Origin: Klebsormidium nitens
Lineage: Eukaryota; Plantae; Klebsormidiophyceae
Assembly (NCBI GenBank): GCA_000708835.1
Contig: DF237585.1
Coordinates: 1 to 48,882 of the forward strand
Direction: 5' to 3'
DNA: 48,882 nt
In this document: one piece after another, positions 40,984 to 48,882 of the stretch
Numbering within the stretch: position 1 is the first letter of the stretch
Layout: every line of letters begins with the position of its first letter
Position numbers and translations under genes: made by a program
Notes under the pieces: generated by a model
The model's input: only the letters and a program-made list of their open reading frames with translations
Told to the model about the DNA's origin: nothing
The model's database searches: none

Positions 40984-42376
40984 TAAGAGTTCGTCCGCTT
41001 TGAAACTAATTTACGAACATGGGTTGCTAGGTGCTAGAATGTGAAACCGACAAGAGCTGTCAGACGATGTTGAAAAAGGGAAGCAAGGTACAAACAAGTG
41101 ATTGTCGAGGTCAAATGCTAGGTAGTTGTCCCCACTCCTGGTACCCATGGTGTTGACTATCATGTCGAGTCTGACGTAGGAAAACTAAAGGTATGCATGG
41201 GATACCCCATGGGTGATAAAAGCTTCTCAGATAATTAACAATCTCATGCTCAAGTTGATCTGTTAGTGGATTTCGTGGTAACTCTGGACGCAAACATCCA
41301 CAAGCCGTCACCTTGGTTACATGTGGGCGGACATGATGCGCTGCAAGGGGCTGTAGCTAGATTTGATGAGTATGCGCAGGTGTACACAAATTGCAGGTGT
41401 GCGTTTGAAGCCATACAAGCACAGCATCATTTTAAACGCGGCATGCATTGGCAGCATGGCGACCTTAGCTATAATTGCATGCTGCAATACATTGTAATCA
41501 AGAATAAATCCAAAAGCGAGCTATATTCTAGAAACGGTGCGAGCTATATACATGATGTTCTCTTTTACACGCAGTCGCCACCTGGGCCATAGGCTTCTTA
41601 TGGCATACATGATATGAATGTGTGTGTGTTCAAGTCGATCATCACGTACTATTTCTTTCTCAACGTCCGACCTTCTATGATGCTAGCCGCCTTGCCAATC
41701 AGTCACCAATCATGCGTGCGGGTCCGCAGCCCATGTGCAGGCTGCCCGGGCCGCCAACATGATGTGTGCCGCGTTCTATACGCACCTCATGATAGTGCCA
41801 AGGGCGCAATAACTAAGGTTCTATATGGATTGCGCAAATGATATCATTCTCAACCGGCGCAGCCATTGAGTTCGAAGTTACCTGCCACTGGCAACCGCGA
41901 CCATATGGTTGGTCTGTTGCCAGGCCCTGGATCATCTCACCTAGATGTACAATTGCTTGGAAAACACGCGCCGGCCAAGTTTAAAAGCACACTAGGCGGG
42001 CCATTGAGAAGGCAAACTTCAGAGTCTTTGTAATGACACCCGGTCTTCCAGTCTGTGGTACAGATTATCTACATCTTTATACAACGAGCGAAAACACATA
42101 AACCTGTCTAAGATGGTATCACAGAACCATTTATCGCTTCTATTGTTCTAGCGATTGGATGAACCAGCCTTTATCGTTTGAAAATGCTAATACACATGCC
42201 CCACTACCGTGAAACTAAATCAACATCTTAACGCAACATATGTGCAACGCCTTACTTGGCCAATTACAACCTGCAACTACAAGCGCGCCTGCAAATGCAA
42301 GATCATGACGTCCGGAACCATATGCCGATTTGGGGCGCTGCTTTTTTATCTTTGTACAGATTTGTGATTGCAGAAG

Positions 42377-43109
42377 CTACTGCTGCGGTAGGGGGGACTC
42401 CGGAGCAGCCACCTCAATGTACTCGTCGTCCTCCGGGGCAAGTTCCTCCCCGTGCTCCCCCTTAAGCTCCCTGGTCCACTTGGCAGTCCTTGTGACCTGG
42501 TTCTGTGTCCTTTTCACTACATTATCTAGCCCTTTCTTCTGTTGCTTCTCCCTGAAGGCTCTCTGCACAAACAAGAATCAAGAAGGCTTTCAATCCAATC
42601 AGCAATAACATCTGTGCTGACTTTCCTGTACAAGCAAACGCTCACCAACACAACCAGAAAAGTGCTCTGCACAACAAATCATCTCCTTTCATTTGCGATG
42701 ACCCACAGAACATGCATCGCAGAATTGCTGCAACCTGCATTACCTTGTGCATCCGCATTGTCTCCACACGATGCCACTTCTAACAAACGGTGAAAGCTGA
42801 AACCCTCTCACAAGAAACTGCTTGGGACCTAGAAAGTTGCACAAACCCCAACAACGTCAGACTACTCACGTTTCGGTGCCATTTGATCTCGTCCGCAACC
42901 ACCTTGACAATGACAACATAGCCAAGAATGGTGGCGAACGGGTTGATGCTGTTCAGCAACCCCAGGCCCAGCGTCTTTGCCACATTCTTGGCGGTGTCCC
43001 CTGCGCCCGCAAAGCGGCGCTTGCCCTCTGGTGACTCGGTTACTTCAATGTCCACGTTGACTGGCTCGTCCACTTCCAGAGAGTCATTGTAGGAGTCATC
43101 AAACGCCAT
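42377..43109 (-). CDS. Hypothetical small protein, ~141 aa, acidic termini and one central hydrophobic segment
   Basis: Exons 43109-42870 (MAFDDSYNDSLEVDEP...LGLGLLNSINPFATILGYVVIVKVVADEIKWHRN) and 42562-42377 (RAFREKQQKKGLDN...EEL...PLPQQ*), joined by a phase-0 intron (gtgagt...ttgtgcag). An acceptor just upstream of the ATG implies a 5' intron, so further upstream exons are possible. Confidence 0.65.
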
Positions 43110-46100
43110 CTTGCTCGAAAACCTGACAAAACTGGAACCGCCTGTGTTAACTTGGACACGCAAGAATCAAAACAGCGAACTGATAGGGCCAATGCAGAAG
43201 ACAACGTCAGCTCCACCTATTTGCAAGGCTGTATTTGTTTTCAAACCTAGAAAAGCTCGAGTAATTTTTTTTTTGGACAGACATTTTGACTAGAAAAGCA
43301 GGTGTGCTGTTTACAAAGTATCACAGAGTGCATCTACAAGTCCTGACGGGCACCATATGCAAGGAAACGTACTGCAAAGCGTAATGGGGCGAAGCGTTCC
43401 CATACGAGGTCGCACAAGCACGCGTCAATTGCCAAAACCATTGTATATTTGTGCAAGAACGCTACTTCTCTCTCAAAAGCACCTCTGAAAGTGCATCTAT
43501 CGACTGTGCATCGAAATGCGACGCATTGGACCCTTGTAAGCATGCCTAACATGAGCGGCAAGCCCCCAACCGCACCTAAATAAACCCGACAGGCACAGCA
43601 GGAGTTCCTGACATCTGCCAAGTCAGAAAGAAACCTCAAAAAGCACTGAGAGCACCCAATTAAGCAATAGGAGCAGCCCTTGCGTGCGTGACAGTCACCA
43701 GAAAACTGCTATTGCAACCAGAAGTATGGCTAAAAAAAACCCTAGTCCGCCTTTCTACTGCTACCCGTGTTACATGATGGGGTTTCCTCGCATACAGTTG
43801 CAAACTGTCACAGCCAACAATTCCAGGGCCAATGTATTAAAATGAGCACCTGACAGGGTCACAGACGACTGATTCTGGATGGTATCAACTTTGTGTGCAA
43901 TGTAAAATAGACTTTTTCATCATCACAAGGCAGAGCTTTTTAGACAGACTGAACAAGCAAAAATTTGAATGGCCCGCCCTTGATTCTTGTAAGTCCACAG
44001 CCTAGGAAGTGCTATGGCATACATAAGCGTAATAGACCAGGCAAGGTAGACGGCACCATGTAGAACCTTCTTTAGCAACTCATTGCTGACTGCATGTTCT
44101 TAAATAGAGATCAACAGAATCAACCAGCTATACATTCAACGGCCAACCCTGCAAACCCTTTGCATGACCATCGACTCTCCAACCAGGCAAGAACAATTCT
44201 TAGTTGAATGGGCATAGCCTGTCAGCCTTGCAATCTAGGGCAGGAAAAGGCCAACATGATCGGCTTGTAACATTCCGTACCTTGCACTGCAACACAGCAA
44301 CAGAGTCCAAACAACAAAAACTCTCCAATGCTCCCAAAACACAATTGGCCAAATTATGCAACCGTGCCAAAGTTACTTGCTCCGCTCCTTGAATCGACAA
44401 GAGGACGTACCCTTCCAGCCAAACCCTTTGAAGTTGCTGTCCTTCCAACGCCAAGCAGCTGCCAGCAACGAAACACAGGTACTACTGCTCTCGTGAACGG
44501 TGAAGCGCCCAGGAGCTAACACAAATCGCCCTTCAGTTTGTTTCAGTGGGTTGCCTAGGCTCAGGCTCAATTTCCCTCTGCGAAGTGATCAAGAAAGTGA
44601 CGTGCCCTCTCGACAGACCGACAACTCAGCCTGACTCGGAGCTGACTTCGGAATCACCGGTTCTACTTTCAACAGACCCGTGTAAGCTTGAACCGGGTTG
44701 GTAAATTACTGCTCAGTGCTCATTACCGGGAGAAGGGACCATCTTGCACCGGCTGCCAGCCTCCCAGGGCCCCGGCCTGATCCTTGGCACGTACAGCTTC
44801 AATCAGATCAGCCGGCGAAACCACAGCGTGCCCGGTTGGATAGATCGGAAGTTGACGCTTGGAGGCCGTGCAAAACGCCTCGGTTGGTGTCGCAACCTCG
44901 CACCTTGCACTGGCAGTTCGCGGATTCCACGTCAGAAATTAGGATGCTCGTCCGAATTTCGGAATGAAATGCACGTGGCTGCGTCAATGTAGCAAGTCTG
45001 CAGCCGCCACGCGTCATCTTCAGAGTCGGAGCATCTATTGTAGTCTTGCAAAATCTTTTGCAGGTGCCTCAGGTAAAGTGGACAGTGCTTACGTTGTATT
45101 TTTGCTAGGATGATGGGAAGATGGGATCATAGGATGCCGTATGCACAGCAACTCATACTACGTCTAACCAAAGTAATATAAGTTGCTTAAAACGCCGATT
45201 GCTCAATAATAGATAACTTGATTGACTTGTTCGATATACGCTTCAAAATATGTCAGCTTTCAAGTTTCATTGTTTCAAGCGGGTTTCAAGCACCTCGCTA
45301 TGTCAATGAGTTTCTGAGGCTGAGGGCTCATGCAATACTCAATTGGCAGAGTCGTTAAACTCGGAACCATAACCCCGGCAATGCTGTGCATTGCCGCGAC
45401 TCATGCGACACCCCCGCAGCACACTTACTCATGCGCGGCGTCGGCGGCCTTGCGGCCCGTTGGATCGACCATGTACATAGTATTCTAGTATGCAGGAGAC
45501 AACTTTGATGACCCTCAACTTGTTACTCCAATGATTGCTTGCCGGTTGACGGCCGTCGCGCAGGGGTCACGATCATGAGTCCAAATTGAACGTGGCATGC
45601 TCATAAAGCCGGGACGATCGCCAGATCGCCAAGGCCAGGTCGCAACCATATAAAATCTCAAAGTCACCGCGAGAATGAAAATTTGGTTGTAAACTCCAAG
45701 AGTCACACCGGTCAGACAGCAAAAAGCACTATTATCTTGGCAAGGCTTTTGGGATCATATCATCATATATTCATGCACTTCGTTGAGATTCACTGAGTTA
45801 TGGTGGCAAACTGTCACGTTTGCACATGTAAATTTGTGGGATCAAGAGATCGGCGGTAACATCGGTTGCAATCATGAATCAAACCGCGGCGCTACTAAGA
45901 TGGTGGCAATGCTGGCCTGCCATATAAGTCGACAGTTAAATATTATCGAGATTTCCACGACCCGACCCGGGCTCGACCCCAACTCAAGTGGGTCGAACGT
46001 CTAGCTATCCTCCGGCTGAGACGACGTCATCGGGACAATAAGTTTTCGTGCATCAAGCTGCGCACAATTTGAAAAGTTTGGGCACCTAAGGCAAAACTAG

Positions 46101-46419
46101 AACGGTCACGAAGATCTTCAGAAATACGCCGATTGATAGGTGATGATAGCGATACATGCACGGCCTACTTCGTCATAATTTCGAAAGCGCGTCGAAAGAT
46201 CCCATATGTCAATATTGTGGACTCGCTCTTGAAGTCGGCATGGCACTTGACTAAACTGTATATAGTATCCCGCCTATATGTTGAGATATGAGCCCATAGA
46301 CAGCAATTTGTCTTTTCCATGCATTACCAACCCCCTTGCTGTCTCCTTTTGTCAAGTAGGTAGTGAATTAGTGGCCACTACAGTGGTTGTAACCCTCTGT
46401 TATTATGTCCCAAGCGCGG

Positions 46420-48882
46420 CTAACTACAAAATAGCAATGAGACAGCAATTCTATCCCTCACCGACCCGCTTCCGCAGGTGCAAACAAAAGCCTTGATGGG
46501 GTGCGAATCGTCTCCGAACTGGATGCCTGGCAAATGAGCAAATACCACATGCTGATTCTGATGAAGTCGTAACAGCGGATTCAGCAGAAATTGCTGCAAC
46601 CTTTGACTGAAAACGGCCCCAGTCTTACAGTCTCAACACTGTGGACAGAAGTCAGCCATACAAAACGCCGCTGAATCGTTCAGGATGTAAGAGACCCCCA
46701 TCAAGGATAGTTCAGTGATGGTAAAGGGCGTGACACGTAGAGGGAAACGTCGTGGCACGTGCACAGCTCACCATAGTCCCACGTCAATTCCTCTCTTGGT
46801 GCCACGTGGCGCGCTGTAAAGAACGCGATCCGATAGTGATTGTGATCCGGGCCCTCGACTAAGTTCAACTGGAACATACAGCATGTTTGCATCCTCGCAA
46901 CGGTGGTTGATGAACCTGGAAGAGGACGTGGACGCACCTGTGACTTGATGACTTCAAAGCTTGACGTCGGCCAAAGAAGGTTGCCACAACACAACGGTCA
47001 GCCTCAGAATGACGCGTGCTACTGATCTGGGAGCGCATTTGAGCGAGACGATGCAATAGCTGGACAGAAACACGATCGAGACCAGCGAGACCTCCTCTCA
47101 AATAACCCTGTCCACCGCAGGCCATTTCCCTCTCATTTTCGTGTTCAAGTGATGGTGACAGAGCTTTTCACGAGTGCCAACGAAATTGCACCGCTTGCTT
47201 GGTTTGAGGGCATCCTATCCGATTTCGAAACGGACTTCGAGACTTCGACAACCAACGAAAAGCAAGGAAGCACTCAGAAAAAGCGCAAGCCAAGCTCGCC
47301 CAAGGGCGGATGTCCTTTCGAGACTCACCGCGCAACGTTCCCCATCCTAGTTTCGTCCAGGCACAGCCCGGTATAGTCGGTCATCTGTTCTTCCACCAGA
47401 TAGTCCGCGTTCAAATCCACCGGGTACGTGTGCGGGGCGTCTTTCCTCTCCCGGTTCCTCTCGTCCATCTCCTCCCCGGTCAGAATCTCGCCGACGTACT
47501 CACAGACGAAGGCGCCCGGGGGAAGGGCGTCCAAGCAGCGCACGCCCCAGCCCTTGCCTGTGGACGTCCAAAATACCTGTGGCAGGAACGAGAGGAGTTG
47601 CTTTTGTTGGATGGTCGTTCGCACTGGTGAGGTTTGCGACGTTCCGATGGCGATCTCCACACTGGACGGAGCAGTGAACAAGCCTCAGTCGCGGTGTGAT
47701 TGACAAGAAACAGTAGAGGCGAAAATCGAAGGCAATTGTCCAGAGAAACCAAAAAACAGTCGGGCCCGCGCAATAGCTTGCGCGTTCCAATGAGCATCTG
47801 AGCAACCTAGTATTTATAAATGTTGGGGACCGTACGTTTTGTGTGAAATTACTTTGAGAATGTTCGCTTTCAGTGTTCATTGCCGCGAGCGAGCACCTGT
47901 GAAGGAACAGCCCACCAAAAGTTCATCAATCTCTGACAACCATTGAACTCAGCCCCTACTAGAGGTCTCGCAGCCAAGCACAAAATCTGTGTGCTTAACC
48001 CGATGCCCGGTCCTCGGAATTTACGCCAGTCCGAATCGAAACGTCTTGAATGTGGGTCTTGCCTGCAGGCGTGCCGTGACACCCCGCTGCACCACCCGGT
48101 TGCCGCAGCTCACGGGGCACGTGCATTTGACGCTGCACTCCTTGATGAACGTCTTGGCCTCGTGGCCCTTGCAAGCAGGGATGCGCCTCGGATTCTTCTG
48201 CTCCGCCGCGCTGATATGCCACGGATTATAAGCCGGCTAGGTTCGAGAGGAACGCTCTCGCAAGAAAAGCTCGGACGTGTCGGGAGAGTAGAAGATCGTA
48301 GAGACTGCCCGAGCGTTTACATCGCAGTAAGACGAGTATGTGATCACGAAGTCGAAACTGTTCCCCCAAAAAGCTGGAGGAGTCTGCCGACTGCCGAGTT
48401 TGACTTGGAATTGCAAGTGGGTCCTCCTTCAAAGCTGCTACAAGGAGGCCATTAGTGCAGAGTAAACAGCTAAGTAATCGTTCTTTAAAAGCAGACCCAA
48501 CTGATAGAGTCATTTCAGAGCTTTCCAAACTACCACATCACAATCTCTGGAGCTTACCATGCGTCGCTGAGTGGGACATTTTCCGGTGCAGAACACGAAC
48601 TGGGGGTCCATCGGAAATTTGTCACATCGCCGGATGTATGCCGGAAGGTGCCGTCGGCATAGGCGGCACCCCTGCGGGACCTGTAAGTCGTCCGGCATCC
48701 GTGCTCCTGCCGGTGCTGCCGGCACACGGCCGGAGACAGGCCGGACGGCAGACCATGCGCCGCAGCTGCGGCCGGGCGGGAGCATTCTAGAGCCGCCGAG
48801 CGTCGGGCGGCAGAGACGCCGAGTTGCACGCGGCAGCATGTGTGCGCCGGATTGCACGCCGGGCGGCAAGGGTTGCGGCGCC
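46420..48882 (-). CDS. SUVR1/2/4-type SET-domain histone H3K9 methyltransferase, 3' part only; apparent frameshift in SET domain (possible pseudogene or assembly error)
   Basis: Exons: >48882-48558; 48197 (or 48210)-48063 (CKGHEAKTFIKECSVKCTCPVSCGNRVVQRGVTARLQ); 47576-47329 (VFWTSTGKGWGVR...CEYVGEILT...HTYPVDLNAD...LCLDETRMGNVAR); 46915-46772 (FINHRCEDANM, then a frameshift, then GPDHNHYRIAFFT...EELTWDY); 46526-46420 (GIQFGDDSHPIKAFVCTCGS). Motif order matches plant SUVR4-class proteins. Confidence 0.85.

Noticed and set aside
41111-41592. Protein-like ORFs between EndoU and the small orphan gene (minus DQLEHEIVNYLRSFYHPWG..., plus 108 aa)
   Set aside because: Would need a ~52-nt intron and a 29-nt exon, with no convincing start or homology.
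44200-46300. Short ORFs in the interval between the small orphan gene and the SET gene
   Set aside because: No motifs, codon bias or consistent splice sites; likely UTR or intergenic.

Overview
Eukaryotic, intron-rich genomic DNA with GC-rich exons and mostly 250-750 bp GT-AG introns. The gene set (plant-type SUVR SET protein, steroleosin-like SDR, GH28, plant-type NDUFB3, algal Fox1-type ferroxidase) suggests a streptophyte green alga, possibly Klebsormidium-like; this is inference. I spliced the gene models by hand and checked the reading phases. In order: a 16-exon six-cupredoxin-domain multicopper ferroxidase (+, 2334-12749), NDUFB3 (-), KRR1 (+), a steroleosin/11-beta-HSD-like SDR with a transit-peptide-like leader (-), a GH28 polygalacturonase (-), an orphan protein (+), a MITE-like element, an EndoU ribonuclease (+), a small orphan protein (-), and the 3' part of a SUVR4-like SET gene (-) with a frameshift and a GC-AG intron. 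The most notable item is the ferroxidase. Its trinuclear-copper ligands sit in domains 2 and 3 rather than 1 and 6, it keeps three intact type-1 Cu sites, its upstream region has dense GTAC and GCCGAC clusters, and it has a duplicated splice acceptor. No rRNA, tRNA or CRISPR array was found.
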